From assembly GCA_025363295.1 (NCBI GenBank), contig JANYEC010000026.1, positions 5,849 through 69,848 on the forward strand: a stretch of 64,000 nucleotides of DNA. Direction: 5' to 3'. Made by a program: the position numbers and the translations under genes. The first letter of the stretch is position 1. Every line of letters begins with the position of its first letter. The notes under the pieces were generated by a model. It did no database searches. It worked only from the letters and a program-made list of their open reading frames with translations, and was not told the origin of the DNA. The DNA is from Akkermansiaceae bacterium. GTDB taxonomy: Bacteria > Verrucomicrobiota > Verrucomicrobiia > Verrucomicrobiales > Akkermansiaceae. Shown piece by piece: positions 63,951 to 64,000 of this stretch.

Positions 63951-64000
63951 GCCATTCGGATTAATATCGTTCACGCGAAATTCACGCACATCATGGCACG

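Overview
64 kb of bacterial chromosome, most likely Verrucomicrobiota (Verrucomicrobiaceae/Luteolibacter-like). This is inferred from the PVC-type DUF1549/DUF1553 + DUF1501 pair, the MoxR-DUF58-BatA module and a LysM gene between murD and ftsW. The first ~2 kb is the edge of an integron-type cassette array: a small membrane-protein cassette, an attC site, an HNH nuclease cassette, then a decayed antisense group IIC intron in the next attC. That intron carries two related ~70-bp insertions and is cut off by a MITE-like element. The rest is mostly core genome: mutM, a TIR-TM-periplasmic binding protein, prx, two CPBP proteases around comF, alr, mutT, a dcw cluster (mraZ to ftsW) that stops abruptly, a purine catabolism cluster (uraH, allC, allB, allE, fused xdhAB), rluE, ilvD, tmRNA, can, ada (in-frame amber at codon 9), dnaE, gpx, rpsT, an L,D-transpeptidase, a GT2, an arsR-aqp-arsC operon and moxR-DUF58-batA. 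The most striking unexplained signal is five exact 105-bp units between mraZ and the rsmH(mraW) catalytic domain. Each unit has an invariant CTCGGGACAG box and a hairpin with compensatory base-pair changes, and the array is also one open reading frame fused to RsmH. No rRNA, tRNA, CRISPR array or integrase was seen. All product calls come from motif recognition by eye; no database searches were run.
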